Positions 1 to 12,904 of a DNA stretch of 64,000 bases are shown piece after piece. Made by a program: the position numbers and the translations under genes. Position 1 is the stretch's first letter; the number at the start of each line of letters is the position of its first letter. The notes beneath the pieces are model-generated. The model made no database searches, was not told where the DNA came from, and saw only the letters and a list, made by a program, of their open reading frames with translations. Source of the stretch: Thalia democratica (Eukaryota); the NCBI GenBank assembly GCA_965202585.1, contig OZ241826.1, positions 103,974,001-104,038,000 of the forward strand. The letters run 5' to 3'.

Positions 1-376
1 AGAGTTGTCAAAATTGTTTTTATTTAGAATTAGAAATTTTAGTTTATTTTAGTTAATCATCTAGTTTGTTTGAATTAAGATTATAAATATGAATTAATGA
101 ATTGTGGTACGTAATTATACTTTTTTCCGTAAAACTTCAAATGAAAAGTTTTTTTTAAGAACTTTATTTAAGCACTGACGAGATCTTTGATCGAAACTTA
201 GTTTGTAAAATAAATTTTTACGAGAATAAATTCATAAAAACTTTCTATTAAAATTCTGTTAAAAACTACCACATTTTATTCATTCAAAAAAACTTGCGTT
301 TAAAAGCGAATATTATTTAAGTTGACATAAAAATAACTCATTAAAAACTTTATTTGATAAAATAAAAACTAGAAGC

Positions 377-801
377 GTGCAAAAGTGAAGTTCCGTTCAA
401 AATTGACTGATTGTTTAAAATTTTTGCAGTTCATAAGTATATTCGTGAAAATATAACGTCGTGCGAAATTGACGCTTTGCAAAAATGTCGCTATGCAAAT
501 GTAACGTCGTGCAAAAGTTTTGACGTGTAAAAATGTCATCGTGCAAAAAATGACCCTGCGTGCAAAAGAGTCGCCGTGCAAATGTGTCTCTCGTGAAAAA
601 GTGACCCTGCGTGAAAAATTGACGCCGTTCAAAAGTGTCCCCTCGTGCTAAAATGACGCTCGTGCAAAAGAGTCGCCGTGCAAAAGTGACACTTCGTGCA
701 AAAGTGACGCTCGTGCAAAAGAGTCGCCGTGCAAAAGTGTCCTCTTGTGCAAAAGTGACCCTTCGTGCAAAAGTGACGTTCGTGCAAAAGTGACCCGTTC
801 C
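377..801 (+). mobile_element. Arm of a foldback/MULE-like element: array of 18-20-bp cgtgcaaaagtgac subrepeats
   Basis: About 20 subrepeats ending in TGACCCGTTCC, the same terminus as the copies at 27150-27620 and 28204-28783. Confidence 0.75.
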
Positions 802-1008
802 CAAAAAAAAAGTAGTAGATGTTCTCAATGGTAGTTTTTAAACTTACATTTTCAGATATACTAGTGTTGTTAATTAAGAGCTAAAAAAAAAGGTCTTAAG
901 TGCTTTTAATGCTAGTTTTTTGAGTAATCTTGTTAAAGAGGCCATAACTTTTTAAATATGTTTAAAAGGGATCATTTAAAAAAGAGTGTGGGAAACCCTG
1001 AGCTGCGT

Positions 1009-2225
1009 ACTGGTTTCGTCTTTAATAAATTTCATCGGGTAGACATTGTCATGATAAACTGAACAGTTCATAGTCTACTTATGCAGTTTGCAAAAGGTTT
1101 TAAAAGAAGTCTATATAATTTAACTTATATCAACTTTAGTTATCTTAGATTGCATTTGTAAACATACAAACAAAAAAAACAACATACATAATTTTAAACT
1201 AACATTTGTTTAACGAGCGGAATTAAAACTAGTTTAATACTTATTTAAGCAATGTTATAAATACATTACAAAGTTTTAATTAGTTTTGCTAACCTCATCA
1301 GTACTTTTACCAACCAGCGGATAACATATTGTTGTGGGAAAAAATTGAATTGTAATATTTAGAAGAACACACATTAAATAATCTTGAAGTTTTCTTTTAG
1401 ATTTGCATTCTAAACTTTGTTCAAAGTTTTTTATATCTCTTTCAAGTTTAGCTTTTTTATTTGGTATATTACTTAGCTCTTTTCTTATAAATTGCAGTTC
1501 GATTTTCTTCTCCTGAACGAAATCTTTCATTTCTTTTTCTCTACTATCTTTATGTATCTGAATATTTTCTTTGATTTCCTGAAAATCGTTTTGTTTTTTA
1601 TTTAGTAAACCTTTAATTGTTTTCTTCTTATTTTTTATTTCATTCTCTTTTACATTTACTTCTTCCAGTATTATTTTCACTTCTTTTTTACGCTGAAGTA
1701 GTATTTCCTGAAGTTAAAAATAAGCGTTATCATTAAATGGCTCAGGTTTTGATGCCTGAGTCCAAAAATGCACAACAAGCATATTAGCATATTACATGTT
1801 AATTTAAGTTTGACCAACTGTACATATGACAATCTTTGTACTGGTTTTGTCTTTATTAGGTATCATTAGGTAGACATTGTCATAATGAATAAACACTTTA
1901 TGTCATGATGAACTGAACAGATCATAGTCTACTTATTTAGTTTGCAAAGGTGTTAAAAGATATTTTTACAATTTAACTTAAATCAAATTTAGTTATCTTA
2001 GATGGGACGTGTAGACAAACAAAAAAAATATTCTTAAAAATCAAACTAACATCTAATTAACAAGCGGAATTAACATTATTGTAAACTATATTTTATATAT
2101 AATTGAGTTTTGAACAGTTATACTAACCTTATCTTAAGAGACTATTTAAAGATTATTATAAATATATTTCAAAGTTTTTATTAGTTTTACTAACCTCATT
2201 TATGCTTTTACCGACCAGTAGATTG
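1009..2225. repeat. Direct duplication, 1009-1330 vs 1839-2225
   Basis: Shared blocks such as gtagacattgtcat, aactgaacag.tcatagtctactt, ttagttatcttagat and taacctcat...ttttacc.accag. Confidence 0.85.
1276..1707 (-). CDS. Putative terminal exon of an unknown coiled-coil protein with a hydrophobic C-terminal segment
   Basis: Frame is open exactly from a tttttaacttcag acceptor (1708-1710) to the stop; 143 aa K/E/Q/L-rich heptad-like sequence EILLQRKKEVKIILEEV...; upstream exons not found. Confidence 0.55.
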   Translation of the reverse strand, partial: EILLQRKKEVKIILEEVNVKENEIKNKKKTIKGLLNKKQNDFQEIKENIQIHKDSREKEMKDFVQEKKIELQFIRKELSNIPNKKAKLERDIKNFEQSLECKSKRKLQDYLMCVLLNITIQFFPTTICYPLVGKSTDEVSKTN

Positions 2226-4529
2226 CACACTATGGTGATAACTGAGTTTTGTTTGAGAGCCATGAAGAAGTTAAGTTTCATAATGTATCTAAAATATCTG
2301 TAGGAATTTTTAATACGGTCTTTATATTATTGCCGGTTTTTTAATCTTTAAGTATTGCAAAATTGGATATGTATGTAAAATTAAAGCTTTCCTCAACTAA
2401 TATTTAACTATTAAAGTTAAGAGTTTGAGGTAAACTAGAGTTATGAATGTATATCTGATGCAAGTAAAACCATTATATAATTATTATATTTTACTAAAAA
2501 AAAATAAAGTAAGATTTTATCTAGTAATCACTAGTTCACAGTATTAGCTGGCTAGTAAAAGCGCGATAAGCAAAAGGGCCAAGGGGGTTTTGGCATAGCG
2601 AGTAAACGGGTCAAAATATAGATATGCTTAAAAAAATATAACAATAATTACAATAGGTGTTCTTGGGCTTGTAATAAAAAATAATCTCTTCAGAAAATTT
2701 ACGGGAGATTTCAAACTTAACTTCAATTATTTAGTTTGAAGCGAATGAGGCCTTTAAATTTGAAATTTTTTAAAATTGTCGCATTAAACAACAAAATTAA
2801 AATATTTGGCATCATACTAGAAAACATTGATAATATATAATTAGTATAGCTTTAAAACATCGCAATAATAATATAACTTAATAAAGTAATTGTAATTTAG
2901 GGCAGAATTTCAAATGATAGTCTTTAAAAATATCTGAGGGTTCAAAGCTTTACTTCGACTGGATATTTTAATTATATGAAACCATATGACACCATAAAAC
3001 AATTGACAATGATTAACTTAATAAAAAGTATAATGTTGTAAGGTATTGATACTAGTACATTAAGTTGATTGTATTTTAATCATAATCAAATTCTACCTTA
3101 TTTAATTACTAGATGCTAGTTTAGTCATTTATATAAATCAGACGAAACAGTATTAAAAATTGATCTATTATATAACGAACCACAAAAAAAAATATTATAA
3201 CACCACTATTTTATAAACAAAACTAACTTATTAAACTAACTCGGAATAAATAAAACTTAACAATAGCTTGAGTTTATTAAAAAGATACTTTAAAAGTTTA
3301 ACTCATATGAACTGTAGAAGTTTTCAAGAACTTTAAAACAGCTAAGTTTTAATCAAAAGATACTTTTTATACTTGAGTTATAAAAATACACTAATAAGTT
3401 TACATACAGGTTTAATAAATAATAAAAGTCTAATTCTTAAACTCTGGGTATTATCAACCACAACCTCTAGATAACGATTAAATTGCCTCAGATACTTGCG
3501 TTCTGGTTGACTGATTTTTCAGTATTTTCAATGTTCAAACAATTAACATTAGACAATGGAAGAGCATATAAAAGGTGCATACCATTTCAATATATCAACA
3601 ACTCTGTAACTTATTCAAAAAGTGATTATACTGTTGTACATGAACATATCATCTTGTATTATACGGTTGTGAATAAATTTTTATTTTAAAATAATGTAAC
3701 AGCACATTATTTTTTCACCCTTTACTTTTCTTAAAATTTTTAATTTGTTTCTTTATGATTTAATAATTATAAAGTGCAACCCGTAAATAAATATTTAAAG
3801 TTGTAATATGGTCAACAAACTGTTTTCCTAAAGAATTTGATACTTACATTTCTAAATTTGTCCTTAATAATAAGAAAAAAAAACGGTCCTGAACTTTTAT
3901 TTAGAATAAAAAACCTAAAACTAATTATCTTAATAAATAATTATAATTAAATTATTGCTTAAGCTTATGCTTGATTAATCTCTAATTGAAAAATAATTTT
4001 CTATCTAGTTCATTTTTGCAAAATATGTACAAAAGAAGTTTTACTTGTTAATAAACTAATTAGGATTTGTTTAAGAAAACTTATTTTTTGAGATTAAAAA
4101 CTAAAGAAAAACTCTAATAATCTTCAAATTTATAAAAATATAGTTAATTACTATGTATACATTAACATTAATTTTTTTTTTATAAGAAAAAAATTTAAAT
4201 ACTAATTTCAAAATTAATTTATTTCAATTTTTTACTGTAAATACAATGTGCCAAAGTCTTTTAAAATGGATGCAGTTTAGCATATGGAAGTCGACTTTGT
4301 TTGACATTTTAAATAGTAAAAAAAAATTTTGAAAGTTTAAAGCAGAAAAAGACGTGCAAATCTTTTATTATTTATTATGCATGGCATAATAAACAGAACT
4401 TAAACTACATTACGAGAAAATTAATTTTTGTAATAATATGTAAAAATGCTTATCCATAAATATTTCAAAAAATCTTGACCAACATGTCTGGAAAATTGCA
4501 AAAAAAAAAACTGTACATAAAAAATTATT

Positions 4530-4989
4530 GGAACATGTCTAAATTGCACTAAGACAATATTGCACGAGGGGAGTAAATAGCACGAAGGGTCAATTTTGCA
4601 CGAGAATATAAAAATGTTATAAAAAAATACAAAAAAATATTAATAACAAAAATAACAAGGAGAAAAAAATTACTGACCAAGGGTAAGGATTAGAGGTAAC
4701 TGTGAGAGTACAAATAAAAAAATAACAAATAAAAACTACTAGAAAAAAAATCTATTAAAAGAAAAATTAATCGACCGAGGGTAAGGGTTAAGGGTAACAG
4801 TGAAAGTAAAAACAAATTAAAAAATTAAAAATATTAGAAAGATAAAAATTAAACAAAAATTACTAAAAAAACTAAAATAAAAATTTCAAAATTTCAAACT
4901 GTACAAAAATGGTCTTCGTGCAAAATTGACCCTCCATGCAAAAGTATCTTCATGCAACTTTTACGCTGGTACAAGTTTGACACCTACCA
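4530..4989 (-). mobile_element. Foldback/MULE-like non-autonomous element
   Basis: GGAAC..GTCTAAATTGCAC left end, gcacga and gtgcaa arms, central gggtaagggtta units, and TTGACACCTACC right end; inverse orientation to 28204-28783. Confidence 0.7.
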
Positions 4990-6930
4990 AAAAATTATAA
5001 CCAAATTATAACATTTTTGGTTCTATCAAACTTAACAAACTACAGGCTACTGAGTTATGTAGTAATTCAGTTGACGATATCAATTTTATCTTTTTAGCTT
5101 TTTTATCTTAACTCTGACTCAGAAATATTATTTAAAAAAAACAGATATAACAAGTATTAAAAAAAGTACTACCCCAAAAATAAATTAATTATACATGGAA
5201 AAAAATAATAATGTTTGCTATACTTATGTTTACTCACTCACTCAAAATTTTGAGTTAAACTCATTGGACAACTTATTTTAAAAAATTAATAAATTTTGCT
5301 TTATGTATTTTATGTCTATCTAAAATCAGTTTTACTCCTAGTGATTTTTTTTCCTGACACCTTTTACTTTAATATTGTTTCCTTTTTATCAACAAAAAGT
5401 TTATATACATTAAACATTATGGCTGTTTGTATATTAGAATACGGGCTCTTTTATGTAAAATATAAAATTCAGCTTTTTTTATTGTAACAGTTATTTCTTT
5501 TCTGAAGCAGTAAATTAAAAGATACAAAATTTTCCTTTTTTTTTTTAAACTACCATAAATTTATTTTAAATACATTCATAATTAAAAATCTGATATGGTA
5601 GATAAAAAAGTTAAATAAAAAAGTATTTGTGTTTTTAAGTAATTTTATCTATTTTGGAAGTTTAATCTTTTGAGTTAACTTAAAATTTTTAATGTAAAAT
5701 AAAGGGGTAAAAAATATGGACACAAACTATTAAATTGTAAATAAAGTTTTTTAAGAAAAAAGCCTGAGATGCAAATGAATAATTGAAAGTTGTATGATAA
5801 CTTACATGCACAAACTCATACTAATTACACATACAAACCATGATACTATAAAAGGGTTAAATAGTTAAATTCAAAAATCATGAAACTTAGTAAATTTTAA
5901 GCATAACAAGTAACTTAATTTTAAAATTTCAATACTTGTTAAATACAGAATTTTTCAATGTTTAAAGACTTTTTTCAATAAAACTCTAGTTCATTTTCTC
6001 AAAAAAAAAAACTCAATTATATATTTTCTAATAAAAGTATACTAAGTAAAGTTTGTAGATTAATTAGAATTTTTTATAAACTTTTTTTTTCAGCAACTAA
6101 ATAATGTTATTTTTTTTTTTTGTAAGTCAAAGGTCTGCAGGCAATTGATGCTTGTGGGCCAAATTTCCTTTTTCTTAATCTACGCGGGCCTCAGTTTTAG
6201 TTTTAATTACGTTTTAATACCGTTTAAGTTTTAGTTTTAGTCACACTCAAAATTACATTGTTTTAGTTTTATTGAAAATCTTGCTTTTATTTACTTTATT
6301 AATTTAAACTTCTTTTAGTTACAACATAAGGCTCTTTTAAATTTTACATATTTAATGAACTAAATTTTACTTAGACTATTATACTTAAGTCTTAATAATA
6401 TATTTACTTTTTCGAAGACTTAATATAATTAGCACTACGTGGCACCCTATGACGAAATACTAATGCTTTTTAACTTTAGTGAGACAAAAGCAAAATTTAT
6501 TTTACACTACTAATAACAATCAGTTGAAAAAAGATTTTGTTATTTTCATTTAAATAGAAATAATAAAACAGCTTGAATCTTTTACAAAAACTTCCAGCTA
6601 ATATAAGCTGGCTAGTTTTTACTAAATTTAATACAAGTCTGAGAATATATTTCCTGAAATCTTATAATACTTTTTAATACAAACTCAGTTTCGGTCAAGC
6701 TTTTATTAAAAAGTCTTAAAAGATTTGAATAACATGTTATTTTTCCTTTAGAAGTTGAGATCTTTTGTTTGTTTTTAAAAATCAAAACATATAACTAGTC
6801 TGAGAATATTTAAAAAATAGCAACACTAAAAACTATATTTTAAAACTAAATTTATTAAACAATGAAAATCAACAAGAACCATTTTTACATAATGTTACAG
6901 AAAAATCTTACAAATTGTATTAGTTTAAAG

Positions 6931-7125
6931 CAGTGCTTCTGAAATGGGGTTCCGCGGAACCCTAGGGTTCCGCGACGCCTCCCAGGGGTTCTGCGAAGCC
7001 TTTCAAAATTTCAAAATTTATGTAAAAATTTTTTAAATTTTATGTAAAATTAAAATTAGGGGTTCCGCGGAAAAGTTGAACTTTGGAAAAGGGTTCCGCC
7101 ACAAGAAAAAGGTTCAGAAGCACTG
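6931..7125 (+). mobile_element. hAT-type MITE
   Basis: Perfect 13-bp TIR CAGTGCTTCTGAA and perfect 8-bp TSD GTTTAAAG. Confidence 0.92.
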
Positions 7126-8253
7126 GTTTAAAGCATAGAAATAAATAACTTATTTTTTATACTTAATCATTTTTTTACTGGTTTATTTTGTGAAAGATTG
7201 TTTTTCCGTGTGGTAACCATGGTTTATGTAAAATAAATAAAAAAAAATTGTTTTTGAGTTATTTTTGACCATAAGAAAAAAGTGTAAGCATATAAACAGG
7301 CCATTAGTACTGTGTCATTATATATTCTTATTCTTGGTAAAATAAGTTTCCTTTATTTTTATCACAAAGCAAGGCATTGTTAAGTACACCGTTGTTCTGT
7401 TTAATAAGTTTAAGTGTAGAATAGTATGTTTAAATTGCTTCTCAAGTCTAAGAGGGTGATAGCTACTTTTTATCAAGGTAAAGGAAAATTATTCTTAGTG
7501 ACTGAAACCTAGCTTGAACCAGCCTGAGTTTATTAAAACAGTAAAAAAAATTTCAGGCTTAAATGCACGTGCCTTGATAGCCAGTGTGAGTTTTTTAAAC
7601 TCATATGTATGCAACTAATATAAATATTGTTTTAATTTATAGCATTTTCAGGACCTAAAGTTTTACACATAATTAAAACGAAAACTGTAAATTGAAAACG
7701 ACAAAGTTCATAAGTTTTCTTTACCAATCTTACATGCAAAAAATTCAGCCTGATAATTAAAACCTAGTCGGAGGTTTTAGAATTAGAAAGAATTTAACAT
7801 TTTTTTATTCTAAACTCAAGAAGTGCCATTATAAAAATTTCTTTAAGTCGTTCTAAAATGTTCTAAAAACAATTTCTGTTATCAATAAAATCTTAATTAA
7901 CTTGTAATGAACTGCTGCAACTACTTGCATTGTTCATTGTTAGATCCGAGTATTAAGAGATTATTTAGAGCTTGCTAAAATTATGGAAGTAAGGCTTAAA
8001 ATCAAGAATGCAACATTTTATCAAAAAACTATTGCCTAGTGATTTAAAAAAGTTTAAAAACAACTTATATTTTTTGAATAAGAAATGTTGTTATACTAAG
8101 TTTGGTTATTTTCTATAATACATACTCAATATATCAAATACATCGCCTAAAATATCTTGCCTAATTTATATAAAGTAGTCTAGAATAGTTTTAACTATTT
8201 GTAGATAAAATTCACTGACGCATTATAATTATATAAAAGTATTTACAATTACT

Positions 8254-8337
8254 ATGTCCAATTTAAGTAATACAAAAACCAAGCTTTCTGCTGAGGGTCC
8301 TAAGAACCAATGTGCTAATAGTTCAACCCATCTGCAG
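8254..8337 (+). CDS. Possible first coding exon (MSNLSNTKTKLSAEGPKNQCANSSTHLQ), phase 0 donor
   Basis: Upstream tttgtag acceptor, ATG, and CAG|GTAAAA donor. In-frame partner exon uncertain; 16598 is phase-compatible. Confidence 0.25.
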
Positions 8338-9420
8338 GTAAAATATGAGGGAAAAAGGTCTGGTTGACAGTCTACCCACAGACAGACAACCATACCCAAC
8401 TGAGACTTTGGAAGTGAGCTCAACAACATCCATAGCTCAAAATTTCTTAATAAGTGTTTGTATTATTTGATGTTATAGTTTTTGGAGTGAAAAACTGTTA
8501 TCTAAACAGAATCTTCAAATAATTAAAGTTAAATCATTCTTTTTAAAGGGTTGCCAAAAAACCTCGAACCCTGGAATTTATAATTTAGGCAAAAAAAAAA
8601 CCTCGAAAATTTGTAATTTGAGAAATTTAAACAAAAAACTGGAAAAACCTGGAAATTTCAACAAAATCCCTAAAAAACCTTGAATTGAAAACAACTTTTA
8701 CATGTTATGTAACAAAACTTTTATTTGACACTAAAAATCTATCATATATATAATGGTAAAATTATTAAAATAAACTATTAAATTATCTTTAGAGTATCTT
8801 TTTAATGTTTTTATACTATTTAAAACAGTTTTTACCTTAAACTAAACGAAACTGAAATAAGTGTAACAAAATAAATTACAATAAAAGTGTTTCCAATGAC
8901 TGCTGAATTTAAGCCTCATAAGCACGAAAATTTAAAACTAAACATTGTGCTGATTATATATTATTATCTAATAATAATAAAAATTAAGAGTGTTACATAT
9001 AAAAAAATAAAAAATAAATTAAAGTTTTAAACAAAAAAAAAACTAAATCTAAACTATTTATATTATCTGCAAATAAATCATTAATACTTTTTTATCTGAA
9101 ATAGCATCATTGAAATACAGCTTTTACAACTTATGAATTAGAAATCTAAACAGCCTGAGAAATCTAAAACATTTTAAAAAGTAAGTTTTTATACTTTAAA
9201 GTTTCAAGATTTTGTAATCTAAACTGCGTCGTTTGACCACAACAAAAATTTCCGCTAAAATCTACAGGTAGTTTCCTTTTTATTAGAAATCATTGGCCAC
9301 ACATCATTATAAAAAAAGTCTCTATTATAGCTTAGTACAGCAAAGTTAGTTTGTAAAAAATACATAAAATGTTATCTCTTTACAACTCAATGTTTAAGAC
9401 ACCGTCAGTTCAGTTTAAGA

Positions 9421-9748
9421 CAGGGGTCGTTAATCTGCGGCCCTCTAAACAGACCAAAATTAGCAGCCCGCGAGGTAGTTTTTAGCTAAAATTATAGTTT
9501 TTGAAAACAATTTTTTTTGTAATAGGAACTTAGAATTAGACTCTTATTTCAATAACTACTCTTTACTAGTACTTTATAATTGCTTATTTTATCATACTTT
9601 TATTTAGGACAGTTTTTTCATACTAAATACAGCAACTATTTTATCTTGAATAAAGCCCTTGAAAACTTTTTTTCAAAATAGTGCGACCCGCGAGGAATTT
9701 TATTTAAAAAAAATTTGCCTGCGAGTTACAAAAGGCTGCCGAACCCTG
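9421..9748 (+). mobile_element. hAT-type MITE (CAGGGGTCG family)
   Basis: CAGGGGTCG...CGAACCCTG termini; degenerate 8-bp TSD gtttaaga/atttaagt; homologous to 39963-40248. Confidence 0.7.
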
Positions 9749-11109
9749 ATTTAAGTTTATAGTTTACACTCATTCGACCATATAACTAACTAATACTGTT
9801 TTATAATATATTGGAATCTGATTTTGATGGTTGTGTAGTGTAGTCAAGTGCTCATTAAGTGATGGCGAACGCATTGTAGCTTTGCTGACAAAAACTAAAA
9901 TGTTGCAAGAAGTTTATACGACATTAAGTATTTTAAATATGTTGTTTACTTTAGGTCTGGCTTATAAAGTCTTCAAAATTAAAAAAAAAGTATGATAAAG
10001 ACATTCTTATCTATATGATGATAAACGTAAATTTTAAAATGATCATTTAAGTATAAAGATAGTAAGTATGCTTATTCCTGTTCAGAAACTTAGTAACTTG
10101 ATACTTATTTCCAAAATGCCTTATAGGCCTTTAGACAAAATTTTGTTAAAAAAAGTTTAAAAATTGTATCTTTATAGATATAAACTCAATACATTTTGAA
10201 ATACCTTACACTTACAAAGATGTATACAAAAAAAAACTATTAAAGTAGCTTTTTATCTAAAGACTAAACTAATATTTAAACCTTTCAGACAAAAGTTTTA
10301 AATTTTTGAGTAACCTTGTGGTAGAAAAACGTTCAGCTTTTACTAACTGTAACCATTTGATCTTTTTAATAATTGTTTTCTTTAAACTATATAAAACTTA
10401 AACTTCAACTTTCATCACCAAAACTTTATATATATAACATGAAAAACTTATATTATTATGCACTGGTTAGGATTTTAAACACTTGCTACCTGTTAACTTA
10501 TCTTAAAAGCAAGTATAGTTTTAAGATAATGTAATTTTTATAAGATAATACATTTTTTATAATTTACAAAAAGTTTTTAGTAATTTATTTAAATTGTAGT
10601 ATTAAATGACATAAAATTTTGTTTTACTAAACATTTGCCTAAAATAGTAAAAAAATAAAACTCTTGAGTAAAATCATTTTCAGTATTTAGTTTAATACTT
10701 TAACTAAAACTTAAAAAAAATAATTGTAAATGCTAATGGCCATAAAAAAATAATTTAAAACTATGTATGCGTTCTTTATCTAAATTTTATTTACCACGAC
10801 AAACAATTCACATAAAGACAAATTGTTTTTCAACATATACAACTTACAACAGTAATCAAAACTATCTAAATAATATAATAAAACTAATAAAGATCTTAAT
10901 ATTATCGTAAGGCTGAAAGCACATGAAAACTATGGCAACTATAGATTGTGTTCTTATAAAACCTGTTTCAACATATAATTGTCTAGTGCAATGTGCACAA
11001 AAGACAAAAATCTACAAAGTAGTTATAAATTTTTTGTTGACTGTGAAAATAAATAACTATTAATTAAGTGTGCACATCACATTTTTATAACAACTTATAG
11101 CTGCATAAA

Positions 11110-11520
11110 TTAAAAGCTTATTAAGTCAACAAACAAATGATGGATCAATGACCCTAAAAGCAAGAAAATAAAAGTCAGGATGGTCAAAACCAAAAAGCCT
11201 AAAATTCGTGAAATATAGTTACAGGTAAAATATTTTGAAAACATTTTTTCCACACTTTCAGCAAGATAATAGTTTTGAATTCGGTTGATGAACGCTGTTA
11301 TCACAAACACAATTAACAAATTAATTACTGAAGAAATAATCAAGTTCAAGTTCACACCAGTTAATTGTTCTTCCATCGATTGCGTACTTGTTTGTGCATG
11401 TAATACTCGATCTTCGAAAAGCTTTTCATCGTGGTTGTCATTCATATGATGTTTGAAATAACTTAAGCTAGTGTTCGACTTCATGTCCTGTTTGGTGCTA
11501 GCTAATTCTAAATTGTTCAT
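11110..11520 (-). CDS. Orphan 136-aa ORF with two predicted TM helices
   Basis: aaaATG start, hydrophilic N-terminus, two hydrophobic stretches, richer in GC than its flanks; family not recognised. Confidence 0.5.
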   Translation of the reverse strand: MNNLELASTKQDMKSNTSLSYFKHHMNDNHDEKLFEDRVLHAQTSTQSMEEQLTGVNLNLIISSVINLLIVFVITAFINRIQNYYLAESVEKMFSKYFTCNYISRILGFLVLTILTFIFLLLGSLIHHLFVDLISF

Positions 11521-12904
11521 TTTCCTTTTTTATAAAGCTTAAAAATTTTTCTGAAATTTTTATACTAGTTAGATTCTATTCAAGAAAATTTGCTTAAACC
11601 ACTATTTAAGTAAACTAAAATCATAGTTTCTACAAACCTGTCACAGTCGTTTCAAAAATTATAAAAAGAACGACATAGTCTATTAGAGGTATATCAATGG
11701 CTTTATAAGAAATATCAAAAAGTCTAGTTTAACATAACAAACAATGTAGTATTTATACCAAAATACTTATATATCACTAACTTATTACCAAACACTATGA
11801 AAAAATATAAAAATTATTCGACTACAAATACTCAGAAAAAAGTTTAGTACTCATTTGGTATTTCATTTAATTCAGCATAAAGCAAAACAAGTTATAATTT
11901 AAAATACAATTATAAAACTTTGAAAAAAATATTTTTTCTTAATGATAATGTTTAATAAATAAGTCTTCGGTTGATACTTTAAATCAAAATAAATTTAAAA
12001 TTATAAGCTTTAACTAAAAGTAAGTCAACAACTCAAATTTCATATACTTGTAAATAAAATTAGTGCATTAAACTTAATCTTAAATTTTAAAGCAAAAACA
12101 TATAATACTTATAAAACAAGAACTGAATCATCCTTATTAATTAGTATCAGTATATATTTCTATTAGTATAGAACGAACTACTTAAAATTAGAATTTTGGT
12201 TTAATTCATTATAAAATGTCACTGAAAAACGTTTTCTGATTAAGCATACCTATATAGAAATTTAGTTAAAATTTCAATACAAAAAAAAAATAATTTAAGA
12301 ACCAATTTGAAAATATTTGTTGAAATGTCATTATATATATGTCATGTTTGAGATTTTGAATGAAACTGTCAGTTTTTGTAAACTATATAGTCAAAACCGG
12401 AAAAACAAAAATACAATGCCAAGTAAATGTTTGTGATTCTGCATAAATATAACCCAATTTATGTTAAATATGTTATTAAATTGATAAATGTTTCTTTTTT
12501 TTTAATTGAAACTTCTAAAATAAAATATTTTAGTATAACTTTATTACCTATGTAGTAAGAAGTAAACCTGTGTATGGTATGGATATGGGCACAGTTAATT
12601 TCTGGTTACTACTCATCATAATTAAATCCTACCTTATTTAACTATTTTAGTAAATTTTATATAAACCAGACAAGACAGTTTTTAACAATGTATCTTTTAT
12701 TAGAGAACCACAAAACACTGTTATATCAACACTATTTCAAAAATATAATTTACTTATAAAATTATTATGGACTAAATAAAACTTCACAAAAACTTAACTT
12801 AAAGTAAAAGCTTCCTTTAAACTTTAAGTATATATGAACTATGAATTATAAAATGTTTAAATTTTTTTTAAATAAAACTTCTTGTAGTTGAACCATAAGA
12901 AACT

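Noticed and set aside
377-801. CRISPR-like periodic array
   Set aside because: No unique spacers, eukaryotic context, and it shares termini with dispersed transposon copies.
369-828. ORFs 369-632 and 415-828 with FARR/FCT repeats
   Set aside because: Translations of the transposon subrepeat array; the same applies to 27401-27631, 28743-28964 and 13559-13747.
4660-4810. Telomere-like gggtaagggtta motifs (also 28340-28570)
   Set aside because: Only 1-2 hexamers per unit inside transposons; not telomeric arrays.
8545-8700. aaaacctggaa subrepeats and other GC-rich islets (2560-2620, 6140-6200, 17474-17580, 18080-18200, 36392-36430)
   Set aside because: Probably transposon remnants, but termini and TSDs could not be defined well enough to call.
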